64,000 nucleotides of DNA from an uncultured delta proteobacterium (lineage in GTDB: Bacteria > Desulfobacterota > Binatia > Binatales > Binataceae), in contig CAVRVY010000004.1 of assembly GCA_963724765.1 (NCBI GenBank), forward strand, positions 800,001 through 864,000, read 5' to 3'. The position numbers were made by a program, and so were the translations under genes. The notes beneath the pieces are model-generated. The model made no database searches, was not told the DNA's origin, and worked only from the letters and a program-made list of their open reading frames with translations. Within the stretch, counting starts at the first letter, position 1. The number at the start of each line of letters is the position of its first letter. Below are positions 38,873 to 48,298 of the stretch, one piece after another.

Positions 38873-38880
38873 CGGCGCTC

Positions 38881-40065
38881 CTAACCCGAGTGCCGCAACT
38901 GGCCGAGCTTGACCCCGAGGTTGAACGGATCGCGGACGCCCGTGCGACGTTCGCGAATGATCTCAGCGATTATCGAGACGGCAATCTCGGCGGGCGTTTC
39001 GGCGCCTAAATCGGCGCCGAGCGGCGCGTGGACCTCGTCCAGCTCGGAGACGGGAACGCCGTCTTCGGCGATGCGCTCGAGCGTCGCGCGCACGCGGCGT
39101 CGCGAACCGATCATCCCGATGAAGGCGCTGTTGCGCCGCCTAAGCGCGGTGCGCAGAACCTCTTCGTCGAAAGCGTGGCCGCGGGTGACCGAGAGCAGGT
39201 AGCAATGGCGATCGAACTCCAGCGCTTCGATCGCAGCGGCGAACGGCCGCACGATTATCTGATCGGCGGTGGGAAAGCGCTCGCGGTTGGCGAAGGCCGC
39301 GCGATCATCGATCACCGTGACGTGGAAACCCAGCATCGAGCCGAGTTGCGCGAGCGGCTGCGCGATATGACCGGCGCCTACGATTATCAGCCGCTGCGCG
39401 CCAGTGATGGGATCGAGAAAGACCCGCGGCGCGCCGCTCGGTTCGATGCGCGTGGCCGGCCGCACCGCGCCGTCGGCGCCGACCTCGAACAGCGCCGGCA
39501 CCGCATCCGCGGTACGCTCTCCAAGCTGCTGCGCCGCCGCGGCGCCCAGGCCCGCGAAACCGTCGATCGGCGTCGCGCGCCGCGATATATCGACCACCGT
39601 ACGCTCGCCGACCTTCGCCAGGGGTACAGTCCCTTGCGAGCGCTCCGAGGCCGAACTGCCCGGATCCACCACCGTGAGCAGCGCGGCAGGCCGATTGCTG
39701 TCGGCCGCCTCGGCCAGGCGGCGGGCGATCTCGAGGTCCGCGCGCGGCCGCCAGAGGTCGATGAAAACGTCCATGATGCCGCCGCAGGTGCCGATCTGTT
39801 GCTGGTCGAAATCGCCCGTGAGGTCGACTTCGGCCAGCCGGGCCTCGCCCCCATCTTCAAGTAATACTCGAGCTTTGCGGAAGACCTCGGCCTCGCCGCA
39901 GCCGCCGCCGATAGTGCCGAACTGGCCGTCGTCGCGCACGATCATCTTGGCCCCGACCTCGCGGGGCGTCGAGCCGCGCACGTTAACCACCGTGGCCAGC
40001 GCGAATGGTTTGTCGCGCTCCAGCGTTCGTACCGCTTCGGCCCAAATTTCTTCCGGTCCGATCAT
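38881..40065 (-). CDS. xdhC: XdhC/CoxI family Moco-insertion chaperone
   Basis: GSTPREVGAKM, GTIGGGCGE, CGG, GAGHIA, TRGH, GMIGSRRR, APLG...AETPAEIAVSI. Confidence 0.92.
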   Translation of the reverse strand: MIGPEEIWAEAVRTLERDKPFALATVVNVRGSTPREVGAKMIVRDDGQFGTIGGGCGEAEVFRKARVLLEDGGEARLAEVDLTGDFDQQQIGTCGGIMDVFIDLWRPRADLEIARRLAEAADSNRPAALLTVVDPGSSASERSQGTVPLAKVGERTVVDISRRATPIDGFAGLGAAAAQQLGERTADAVPALFEVGADGAVRPATRIEPSGAPRVFLDPITGAQRLIIVGAGHIAQPLAQLGSMLGFHVTVIDDRAAFANRERFPTADQIIVRPFAAAIEALEFDRHCYLLSVTRGHAFDEEVLRTALRRRNSAFIGMIGSRRRVRATLERIAEDGVPVSELDEVHAPLGADLGAETPAEIAVSIIAEIIRERRTGVRDPFNLGVKLGQLRHSG

Positions 40066-40257
40066 GCTCAACCTGCTCTCGACGATTCCGCGCCGATACG
40101 GCCTGCGCGCGGATCGCGCGCGTCCACTATGGTGTCACGCCACATCGGCACGCACGACTATTCCTGCTCTTATTGTGGATCGAAAGCCATCGCCGTTTCC
40201 ACCGGGCGAACGGGTTGGGTGGCGTGCGCCGGTTTACGGCAGTGCTTTGGAAGACGG

Positions 40258-40800
40258 CTAGTCGGTCGGCACGGGCGGCACCGGCGGCGCTTTTGGGCCG
40301 ATGCCAGGCTTGCGCGAAGTGGCGATGCGGCCGACTTTATCGATCCCGTAGCGCTCGAGCATCCGGTACAAGGTCGAGCGCGAGATCCCAAGCAGGCTCG
40401 CCGTGCGGCGGCGATTGCCCGCAGTCTCGCCCAACAGGCGAACAAGAGCTTGCTTGATGATCTGGTCGAGCGTGAGCGGCCACACATCTTTAGCCGGATC
40501 GTGTCCCGGATCTCGTAAGCCGATTACCGTGGATTTGGCCGATGCTTCGCCGGCCGCTCGGATGCTCGGCGCGTCCCGGATCGCAACAGCGCTCGCTTGT
40601 AAGGGATTTGGCGCGACATGTTCGATCGTGAGCCACTTGTCAGACTCATCTGACTCATCCCGACGCGGCGCGACTTGCGCCGGCGAAGACTCGGCGGTCG
40701 GAGCGCCCTCGCATGAAGATGAACCGGCTTGATTAGCGTTGGTTTTCGGACCGACAACGGCAAGCCCGTTGGAATCGGCGATGGCACTGTGCGGATTCAT
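40258..40800 (-). CDS. Stand-alone Fis/NtrC-type HTH protein with low-complexity N-terminus
   Basis: LTLDQIIKQALVRLLGETAGNRRRTASLLGISRSTLYRMLERYG; no AAA+ or GAFTGA motif; start uncertain. Confidence 0.75.
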   Translation of the reverse strand: MNPHSAIADSNGLAVVGPKTNANQAGSSSCEGAPTAESSPAQVAPRRDESDESDKWLTIEHVAPNPLQASAVAIRDAPSIRAAGEASAKSTVIGLRDPGHDPAKDVWPLTLDQIIKQALVRLLGETAGNRRRTASLLGISRSTLYRMLERYGIDKVGRIATSRKPGIGPKAPPVPPVPTD

Positions 40801-40812
40801 GCCTTACAAGTG

Positions 40813-40828
40813 AGCAAGGGACGCGCCA
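40813..40828 (-). promoter_or_regulatory. Sigma54 -24/-12 promoter
   Basis: TGGCGC-GTCCC-TTGCT (GG-N10-GC) just upstream of the Fis-like ORF. Confidence 0.65.
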
Positions 40829-40866
40829 TCGCGCGGCTGTCTCATGGTGGCGACGGGGAGCGCGCG

Positions 40867-41319
40867 CTATTCGCCGAGCAGGCCGGCGAGCACCTGTGCG
40901 GCATGGTCGCGCGGATCGACTTTGTCGTAAACTCGTTCGATTCGACCGCCAGCGTCGATCAGGAAGCTGATGCGCTCGGGATACCTTGCCTTGAGGTTGT
41001 CGCAGGCGCCATAGGCCAGCGCGACCTCGTGCGTAGTATCGCTGAGTAGCTTGAAACCGAAGCTGTATTTGCGCGCGAACGCGGCATTGTCGGCGACGCT
41101 GTCGAAACTGACGCCGATCACTTCGATTGCGCTCTGGTCGAAATACTCCCGATGATCGCGCAATCCTCGCCCCTCGAGACTGCACCCGGGTGTGTCGGCC
41201 TCAGGAAAAAACCACAAGAAGATCCTGCGGCCGCGCAAGCTCGACAGGGCGAGCCGCTCGCCGTCATGGGACGGAAGGGTAAAATCCGGCGCCGGATCGC
41301 CAGCCTTCAGCATCGCCAT
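40867..41319 (-). CDS. bcp: Peroxiredoxin (BCP/PrxQ)
   Basis: GDPAPDFTLP, FFPEADTPGCSLE, GVSFD, RISFLID; ATG 41319 with GGGAGG RBS. Confidence 0.92.
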   Translation of the reverse strand: MAMLKAGDPAPDFTLPSHDGERLALSSLRGRRIFLWFFPEADTPGCSLEGRGLRDHREYFDQSAIEVIGVSFDSVADNAAFARKYSFGFKLLSDTTHEVALAYGACDNLKARYPERISFLIDAGGRIERVYDKVDPRDHAAQVLAGLLGE

Positions 41320-41369
41320 CCCTCCCGGCTTCCTCGCGGCCTCGTCGGATCGCAGACACGCACCGGCGC

Positions 41370-41861
41370 TCAGTTGAGCGTCGCGCGTAGCCGGGCCAGG
41401 TAGGCCTCGCAGGTGGTTTCGCCCGGCTGAATTTCGAGCGCGCGCTCGAACTCGCGGATCGCTTGCTGCAGCATCCCCTTGGTCGCGTACAAGCGTCCCA
41501 GGTTCATGTAGGGAAAATGGCGCGGCTCGTAGCGCGGCGCCTGCTTGGCCTGCTCCAGCCACGGGATCGCCTCGTCGAGTTCGCCCTTGGCGATCAAGTA
41601 GGCGCCGATGTCGTTATAAGGATTACCGAAGCCGGGATCGACCTCGATGGCCTTCTTGCACTCGCCGATCGCGTCGTCGACACGGCCGAGAAAATTGTAA
41701 GCCCAGCCACGAAAGGTGTAGGCCTCGGCTGTCGGGCAGACTTCGATCGACTTCGTGTACAGAACGATCGCGCCGTCGAAGTCGCCGTGCATGTGATGCT
41801 CGACGCCCTCGTTCCACAGTTCGAGCGCGCGCTGTTTGAGAGCGGAATCTTCCATTCGCAT
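41370..41861 (-). CDS. TPR protein
   Basis: PTAEAYTFRGW, DPGFGNPYNDIGAYL, PRYEPRHFPYMNLG; start 41861 or 41855. Confidence 0.88.
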   Translation of the reverse strand: MRMEDSALKQRALELWNEGVEHHMHGDFDGAIVLYTKSIEVCPTAEAYTFRGWAYNFLGRVDDAIGECKKAIEVDPGFGNPYNDIGAYLIAKGELDEAIPWLEQAKQAPRYEPRHFPYMNLGRLYATKGMLQQAIREFERALEIQPGETTCEAYLARLRATLN

Positions 41862-41956
41862 CGCCGTCGTCGATCGCTTCCCAAGGCCTTGGTTATTGCC
41901 ACCCGCCGCGCGCGTCAAGAGGGCCCTCCCCTCGGACTCGGTGCGGCCAGCGCATC

Positions 41957-42361
41957 TCAGCGTATGCGCGCGTAAGCGACCGTATCGCCAACCCCGCCGG
42001 AGATTGAGAGGCTGCCAGAGGCGGGAGTGCATCTGACCGGATTCGCCGCGGTGGTGTCCGTGCACATCACTATGTTATCGGCGCCAGTGAAACAGGCGTC
42101 GCTGACCGAGGCCGTCCCGTCGCTAAGCGTCGCCCTGCCGCTACAAGGCGCCCCGGAAGACATCGCAAACCCACCCAGCGGCCCCCATGAACTCACCGTC
42201 GTTGGCGGCACCGGGGGTTGTGACGCTACCTGCAAACATCCGGATGCCATCAATCCCGCGATCGCCAGTCCAGCGATCATCAATATTGACAGTGCGCTGG
42301 AGAGCGCGCTTGCGAGCGCGGATATCCTGACCAGCGCAAACATCGGAACGATCCCACGCAT
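41957..42361 (-). CDS. Hypothetical Cys-rich lipoprotein
   Basis: GAGGAGG RBS, hydrophobic leader with ASGC lipobox, four further Cys, beta-rich. Confidence 0.6.
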   Translation of the reverse strand: MRGIVPMFALVRISALASALSSALSILMIAGLAIAGLMASGCLQVASQPPVPPTTVSSWGPLGGFAMSSGAPCSGRATLSDGTASVSDACFTGADNIVMCTDTTAANPVRCTPASGSLSISGGVGDTVAYARIR

Positions 42362-42483
42362 CCGCTCCACCTCCTCAGCCTGGTTCATGAATAGCCAAGC
42401 GTTCGACTCCTCGTCCCCCGATGCCCTCATTCTATCCGGCTGCGGCCATGATGTCGCGCCTGTTGAGGCGGGCGCGGAATACG

Positions 42484-42511
42484 GCAGAGATCAGAAAGCA
42501 GAGATCAGAAA
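42484..42511. repeat. Perfect 14-bp tandem duplication spanning the tadC stop
   Basis: GCAGAGATCAGAAA x2. Confidence 0.85.
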
Positions 42512-43440
42512 CTCAGCGTACGAACCGTTTGCACGATCGCCGGGCCGATGATGATGAGCAGCATCGCCGGCAGAATCATCAGTACCAGCGGGAAAAGAAT
42601 CTTGATGGTGGTTTTCTGGGCGGACTCTTCGGCCTGCAGTTTGCGGCGGGAGCGGATGGAATCGGAGATCGCGCGCAGCGCGGGCCCGATAGCGGCCCCG
42701 AGTTGCTCGCTCTGAATCAGCGTCGCGGCCAGCGGCTTGATATCGGCGACCCCGCTGCGGCTGGCCAGCGCGCGCAAAGCCTCTCCCAGCGAAGAGCCCG
42801 CGTTGACCTCGGCCGCCACCTGCGAAAGCTCATGTCCGATGACAAGGTGCTGCGCCTTGCTTTCGTCGCCAACGATTTTTATCGCCTCCAAGAGGCCGAG
42901 TCCCGCCTCGACGCACACCACCAGCAGATCGAGCACGTCGGAAAGTTGGCGTCCGATATCAATCTGGCGGTTCTTGGCGCGCTTGTTGAGATAGTACCCC
43001 GGAAGGAACGCGCCCAAAGCGGCGCCGGCAATCGTCAGCCCGATCACGCGGCTTCCACGCATCTCGAACACGAGGCTCGGAATCAGGCCCAGCAATAGAC
43101 CGCACACCGCCGCCATGACCTTGCAGATCTGGAAGATCGCCGCACTGGAGGCCTTAAAACCAGCCTGCACGAGCAACTCGGCGCGCTTTTCGTGACTCGG
43201 CGTGGACACCTTGGGCTTGGGCAGCCGTTCGACCGCCCACTTGAGCAGCGCACGCGTCGTCTGCTGATCACCAGAGGCAACTGGCATGCCTGCGGCGGCC
43301 ATGTTGAGGCGTCCTCTGTGTCCCACCTGGCTCATCCGCGAATGCATCAGATGCCGACCGTTGGTAACTGAGATGTAAACGGCGGTCGCAGCGCCAGCAA
43401 GCACCAGGAACACGATGAAACTGATTAGAACAGGGCTCAT
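42505..43440 (-). CDS. tadC: Tad pilus inner-membrane protein (T2SS F family)
   Basis: DVLDLLVVCVEAGLGL, LIQSEQLG, AEESAQKTTIKILFPLV. Confidence 0.92.
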   Translation of the reverse strand: MSPVLISFIVFLVLAGAATAVYISVTNGRHLMHSRMSQVGHRGRLNMAAAGMPVASGDQQTTRALLKWAVERLPKPKVSTPSHEKRAELLVQAGFKASSAAIFQICKVMAAVCGLLLGLIPSLVFEMRGSRVIGLTIAGAALGAFLPGYYLNKRAKNRQIDIGRQLSDVLDLLVVCVEAGLGLLEAIKIVGDESKAQHLVIGHELSQVAAEVNAGSSLGEALRALASRSGVADIKPLAATLIQSEQLGAAIGPALRAISDSIRSRRKLQAEESAQKTTIKILFPLVLMILPAMLLIIIGPAIVQTVRTLSF

Positions 43441-43453
43441 AGCGTCATCCCGA

Positions 43454-44404
43454 TCAAAATTTGACTTTCAGGATATGCCGAATCAGCAGAAAAGCGCCGA
43501 GATCGAGCCCGGCGGCCATCTTCAGAATCAGCTGGCCCGTGTGATCGAAAAACAACATTTGCGCATAGCTGGGCTGGACGATGCTGAACATCGCGAGCAC
43601 TACCACCGGCAGCAATCCCACCACCATCCCACTCATCCGGGATTGCGCGGTGAGCGCGCGAATCTGTGAGAACAGGCGCTGGCGGGTGCGCACGATGTCG
43701 GACAGCCGCGCGATGATCTGCGCCAGCGAACTGCCGACCTCGGCCTGCACCTTGACCGCGACCACGAATAACCGCAGGTCGTCCTCCGGTATCCGCGCCA
43801 GCATGTCGGCCAGCGCCTGCGAGACCGGCAGTCCAAGGCGCGTCTGCTCGACCACGGTGCGGAACTCGCCGCCCAGCGGATCGGCGAACTCCTGCTCCAC
43901 CACCTGCATCCCACGCTGCAACGTATGGCCGGCCTCGAGGGACGACTTGATCAGATCGAGCGCGTAGGGAAACTGGACCAGGAAGGCCTTGAGCCGGCGG
44001 GTCCGCTTGAACCTGATGTAGAATAAAGGCGTCACGCAAAGCGCCAGGCCCGCACCAATCGAAAGGAGCGGGTCGCCGGAGACCAGCATCCCGCCGGCGA
44101 TACCAGCCGCGAGCAATCCGCCCATCAGCAGCAGCGTTCTGTAAGCGCTTTGATACATCCCGGCCTGCCACATGTACTGTTCGAGCCGGCGCATCAGGTC
44201 CATTCGACGCAGGAGACCGCTAAACAGGCTGCTGGCGGCGCGCGAGCGGGGGCCGGTACGCGCCAGCGAGTCAATGACGTCGGATGAGCGAGTAACTTCG
44301 TCGAGGCGGTGCGTAACCGCGACGTGGTCCAGCGAGCGACGAACCAGCAGAGTGCCGACGCCGGCAAACAGCAGAAAGATCGCGCACGCGATTAAGAGAT
44401 CCAT
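43454..44404 (-). CDS. tadB: Tad pilus inner-membrane protein
   Basis: QFPYALDLIKSSLEAGH, DPLGGEF, QAEVGSSL, IRALTAQSRMSG; TGATG coupling with tadA. Confidence 0.92.
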   Translation of the reverse strand: MDLLIACAIFLLFAGVGTLLVRRSLDHVAVTHRLDEVTRSSDVIDSLARTGPRSRAASSLFSGLLRRMDLMRRLEQYMWQAGMYQSAYRTLLLMGGLLAAGIAGGMLVSGDPLLSIGAGLALCVTPLFYIRFKRTRRLKAFLVQFPYALDLIKSSLEAGHTLQRGMQVVEQEFADPLGGEFRTVVEQTRLGLPVSQALADMLARIPEDDLRLFVVAVKVQAEVGSSLAQIIARLSDIVRTRQRLFSQIRALTAQSRMSGMVVGLLPVVVLAMFSIVQPSYAQMLFFDHTGQLILKMAAGLDLGAFLLIRHILKVKF

Positions 44405-45780
44405 CAATCCGTCCCGGTTGACCGCAGGATGTTCTCGAGTTTGTAGCCGGCACGCTCGATGCGTTGCGCGTAGGCCGAGCGGATGCCGGTGCTGCGGTAG
44501 TGGCCGTGCACCGTGCCGCTCACGTCAGTGTCTGCGTGCACGAACTCGGACAGGTCCTGCATCATGATGGCCTCGCCTTCCATGCCGGTGACTTCGGAAA
44601 TCTTCATCATCCTGCGCGAGCCGTCGGACAGTCGCGCGACATGGACGATGATGTTAATGGCCGAGGCGATCTGCTGGCGCATCGCGCGCTGCGGGATCGA
44701 AAAGCCCGACAACAGCATCATCATCTCCAGACGGCCGAGGCACTCGCGCGAGCTGTTGGCGTGGATGGTCGCGATCGAACCGTCGTGGCCGGTTGACATC
44801 GCCTGCAACATGTCGAAGACCTCGGCCCCGCGCACCTCGCCGACGATTATCCGATCGGGGCGCATCCGCAGCGTGTTGCGCACCAGGTCGCGCGCCGTGA
44901 CCTCGCCCTTGCCCTCGAGGTTGGGCGGACGGGTCTCCAGCCGTACCACGTGGGTCTGTTGCAGCAATAACTCGGCCGAATCCTCGATGGTGACGATACG
45001 TTCGTCGGACGGCACGAAACTCGAAAGACAGTTGAGCATCGTGGTCTTGCCCGAGCCGGTGCCGCCGCAGACCAGCAGATTAAGCCGCGCCTTAACCACT
45101 GCCTGGAGTAACGTCACCATCTCCGGCGAGATGCTGTCCTTGGCCAGCAGATCGGCGATCGAGTAGCGCTTTTTGCCGAAGCGCCGGATCGAAAGCGAAG
45201 GCCCGTCGATCGCCAGCGGCGGAATGATCGCGTTGATGCGCGATCCGTCGCGCAGGCGCGCATCAACCATCGGCGATGACTCGTCGACCCGCCGCCCGAC
45301 CTGCGAAACGATGCGGTCGATGATCAGCATCAGATGATGATCGTCGTGGAAGTGGATTCCGGTCTCGTGCAGCTTGCCGTGCTTTTCCACGTAGACGTGA
45401 TCGCGTCCGTTGACCATGATGTCGGTTACGTCGTCGTCGCGCAGCAGCGGCTCCAGCGGCCCCAAACCGAGCAGTTCGTTCTTGACCTCCTCGACCAGCC
45501 GCGCGCGATCGCCGTCGGTCAGCAGGCGTCCGTCCTCGTCAAGGGTCTCGCCGATGGCGGTTGTGACCTTGGCCGAGATCAGCGCCGGATCGAGCATCTC
45601 CATGCGCGAGACGTCCATCGACTCGAACAGCCGGTTGTGCACCTTTATCTTGAGTTCGCGCGTGGATTCCGCGGCCTCGTCCCGTGGGCGCCATATGGTG
45701 GCGCTGCCGCCAAGAAAGGCTCCCGGCTGCTCGACCGGCACTCGGTTATGGGCCTGTGATATCCTTTCGATGAGTCTCAC
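44404..45780 (-). CDS. tadA: Tad/CpaF pilus ATPase
   Basis: [57 protein letters not shown]. Confidence 0.97.
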   Translation of the reverse strand: MRLIERISQAHNRVPVEQPGAFLGGSATIWRPRDEAAESTRELKIKVHNRLFESMDVSRMEMLDPALISAKVTTAIGETLDEDGRLLTDGDRARLVEEVKNELLGLGPLEPLLRDDDVTDIMVNGRDHVYVEKHGKLHETGIHFHDDHHLMLIIDRIVSQVGRRVDESSPMVDARLRDGSRINAIIPPLAIDGPSLSIRRFGKKRYSIADLLAKDSISPEMVTLLQAVVKARLNLLVCGGTGSGKTTMLNCLSSFVPSDERIVTIEDSAELLLQQTHVVRLETRPPNLEGKGEVTARDLVRNTLRMRPDRIIVGEVRGAEVFDMLQAMSTGHDGSIATIHANSSRECLGRLEMMMLLSGFSIPQRAMRQQIASAINIIVHVARLSDGSRRMMKISEVTGMEGEAIMMQDLSEFVHADTDVSGTVHGHYRSTGIRSAYAQRIERAGYKLENILRSTGTD

Positions 45781-45792
45781 TACGCTCCTCCC

Positions 45793-47076
45793 TCAGGCAC
45801 GAGCACCGAGCGAGCCCAGCAGCCGGCTGACAAACCCAGGCCCCGGACGCGACTCGGCTTCGGCCGTGACTTCCTCGCTGGCGCCGAGGCGGTTCGCGAG
45901 CTCCGCGAAGGCGAGCACCAACGCGCAGTTGGGCGCCACCTGCGAAGGCATCTGCGCCGTCGCCACCGATTTTTCCATCACCCGTTCGTCGCGCGGAATA
46001 CGCGCGTAGATCGGGCACCTTAGTGTTGTGACGATCTGCGCCTCGGCGATCGGATGGCCCGGCTGATAGCGGTTGAGCACCAGCCGTGGTTCGATCCCGT
46101 CGATCCCCAGCCGCCCGAACAGCTCCATAAAACGCAGGGCCCGATGCGTCGCGGTCACCGACTGCTCGAGCACGTAAAGCACCTCCTCCGAGCGCTCCCA
46201 CGCGGCGACGGAGTTTTCGTCCACATGGTCACCGCAGTCGATCACGATGTAGTCGAACAGTTGGCGCAGCAGATCGAGCAGCTGCCCGACCGTGACGTCG
46301 GAAACTTCCTCGCTGTCCTCGATTCGGTCCGGGGCGCCCAATACGTAGAGCCCCGAAGCATGCTTGGTCAGCGCCGCTTCCAGGCTTATTGAATCCGGTT
46401 TGCGATCCAGGCGCGCCAGTGCGAGGATGCCGCGCTCGGGCTCGGCGCCGAACAGATGGCCCAGGCTGCCCTCCTGCAGATCGAGGTCCACCAGCACCAC
46501 GCGTACGCCGCCCTCGCCCATTAGCGCCCGGCCCAGGCTCGCGCAAAGCGTGGTAACCCCGGCTCCGCCACCCAGGCTGGCCACCGAAATAATCTTCCCG
46601 CCCGCGCGGCGCACGCTGCGCCGCCGCGCCTCGCTGACCTTGAGCAGCGGGCGCATAAGATCGCCCACCTTCAGCGGCCCAAACAAAACCTCATCGGCGC
46701 CCGCGCGCAGCACCCGGCACATCAGCGCCTCCGATTCCTCGCTCAGCAGCGCGAACAGAGATGGCCGCGGCGTGCGCTCGGATTCCTTCTGTAAATAGCT
46801 CAGGGCCTCCTCTTCGTCCGCGCCGAACAGGATCATCGCTACGTCGGCCTCCGCGCTGAGCGCAGCGGCCTCAGCAGGCTGTGCCTCCGCAATCGCCACG
46901 GCCGGATCGATCAGCGAGCGCAAAACCCCTCGCGCTTGCTCCATCTGGAGCGCATCGCGACCCACCAGGAGTACCGACAAACCGCCCTTGAACGTACCGT
47001 CCTTGCTGCTCGACCGTCCCACAACAATCTCCTGTGCGACGCGCCCCTCCCCCAAGGCACGCCTTCGTCCGCGCAA
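45793..47076 (-). CDS. cpaE: CpaE/TadZ (atypical receiver plus MinD-like domain)
   Basis: VLRAGADE, degenerate Walker A GGAGVTT, VDLDLQ, FDYIVIDC, LNRY; start uncertain. Confidence 0.88.
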   Translation of the reverse strand: MRGRRRALGEGRVAQEIVVGRSSSKDGTFKGGLSVLLVGRDALQMEQARGVLRSLIDPAVAIAEAQPAEAAALSAEADVAMILFGADEEEALSYLQKESERTPRPSLFALLSEESEALMCRVLRAGADEVLFGPLKVGDLMRPLLKVSEARRRSVRRAGGKIISVASLGGGAGVTTLCASLGRALMGEGGVRVVLVDLDLQEGSLGHLFGAEPERGILALARLDRKPDSISLEAALTKHASGLYVLGAPDRIEDSEEVSDVTVGQLLDLLRQLFDYIVIDCGDHVDENSVAAWERSEEVLYVLEQSVTATHRALRFMELFGRLGIDGIEPRLVLNRYQPGHPIAEAQIVTTLRCPIYARIPRDERVMEKSVATAQMPSQVAPNCALVLAFAELANRLGASEEVTAEAESRPGPGFVSRLLGSLGARA

Positions 47077-47115
47077 CCGCCGGAGCTCGCGCCCGCGGTT
47101 CCCTTTTCGCGTCCA

Positions 47116-47197
47116 CCGCTTAGAACCGTCCCTTACGGCCTCGCTTACCGGAGGCGCCGGCCGTCACCATCACTCACTGGCGGTGGTTCCTAAGCGG
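47116..47197 (-). other. Multi-stem RNA structure immediately after the flp stop
   Basis: Outer stem CCGCTTAG(47116)/CTAAGCGG(47190) continued by AACC/GGTT; inner ACGGCC/GGCCGT. Confidence 0.5.
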
Positions 47198-47198
47198 C

Positions 47199-47402
47199 CT
47201 ACGCGGCGCTGAGCGCGGTATCGATCGTTTTGACCATCGAGCCGATGTCCTGACCCATCACCTGGTAGCTGACGTACGCCACGATCGCTACAGCGGCCAG
47301 AATGAGCGCATACTCAGTCATGGTCTGACCTTCCGCCATCTTGCTGATATTCTTGCGCATTTTCTCATTCGCATTCACATACATCTTCGTAAACAGTCTC
47401 AT
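47199..47402 (-). CDS. flp: Flp type IVb pilin
   Basis: G/QTMTEYALI prepilin cleavage site and Flp EY motif, hydrophobic helix; ATG 47402. Confidence 0.93.
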   Translation of the reverse strand: MRLFTKMYVNANEKMRKNISKMAEGQTMTEYALILAAVAIVAYVSYQVMGQDIGSMVKTIDTALSAA

Positions 47403-47498
47403 AACTTCTCTTTCCTCTTTCTCGGCCGAAGCCGGTTGTTCTATTTCGTACACTCGCAGCGCTCATCTGGCGTTCCTGCGTATCCACAGTGGCATCTG

Positions 47499-47630
47499 TC
47501 AATTACTACTCAGTGAAGTGTCCACTGTAGTCACATAGAGCCGATGTCTCGACCTATCACCTGTTAAGTGATGTAGACTACGATCGCGACGGCCGCGACA
47601 ATCAGCGAAGAGTCCGTCTAATCAAGCCTT
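47499..47630 (-). pseudogene. Decayed second Flp pilin copy
   Basis: Reads G..TDSSLIVAAVAIVVYIT*QVIGRDIGSM/TTVDTSLSSN* versus GQTMTEYALILAAVAIVAYVSYQVMGQDIGSMVKTIDTALSAA*; TAA at 47564-47566 plus frameshifts. Confidence 0.85.
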
Positions 47631-47907
47631 GTAAGCGCCGTAATGAGTAGCGCTCGTATCAGGAGGGCTTCCCGCAGCGACCCGGTCGATCAAGGATAAA
47701 GTAGGTCTGAACATTGTTTTGATTGTCGATACTCACCAACCGCATTCGGCTCGAGGAGTACGCACTGCGATAATGAATGCCTATTGGCGTCACTCTCATT
47801 GCTTTGCCGATGCCTTGAATTTTTGCGGCCGCCTGTACGAAGACAGTACATGTGCTTAGATAGTTCATCTGGATCTACGAGCCGGAGTGCTTACATAAGG
47901 GGACAAC

Positions 47908-47923
47908 AGCATCGGTCATGCCA
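47908..47923 (-). promoter_or_regulatory. Candidate sigma54 promoter for the flp/tad locus
   Basis: TGGCAT-GACCG-ATGCT (GG-N10-GC), flanked by direct repeat CATAAGGGGA at 47894 and 47922. Confidence 0.5.
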
Positions 47924-48298
47924 TAAGGGGAGAGAAGAAAACTCTTCGTTCTGTCGGACGCTTTTGGAAGTTACGAGGGATTGCCGTCTCAGGAACGAAC
48001 GCTCGGCGGCCGGCCTGCTCCTGAAGCGGCTATGTTACTGCGCGAATATGGAACAATCGCGCGATAGGCGTGCGCGAGAGACGGGATGCCAGAGACGGCG
48101 GGTCTCGGAGAACACGAACGCGAGGCGGCCGTGCTAGTTCAAGCGTGGATGGGTTGCGATTTCGGCTGGAGTTTGGGCGCTGGAGGCCGACAGAGGACGA
48201 AAACTTCTCAGATAGGATGCTACTTAAAGACGAACGCGGCTGCGGCCATCCGACGTCATTTCGACCACGCGTGGGACGCCGGCCACGCGTCCGTGCGC

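Noticed and set aside
41175-41195. Possible selenocysteine in the BCP active site
   Set aside because: The codon is TGC (TPGCS) and the ORF is uninterrupted
47659-48290. Short ORFs or a riboswitch in the region upstream of flp
   Set aside because: No protein motifs and no recognisable c-di-GMP or other riboswitch consensus by eye; needs an Infernal/Rfam scan
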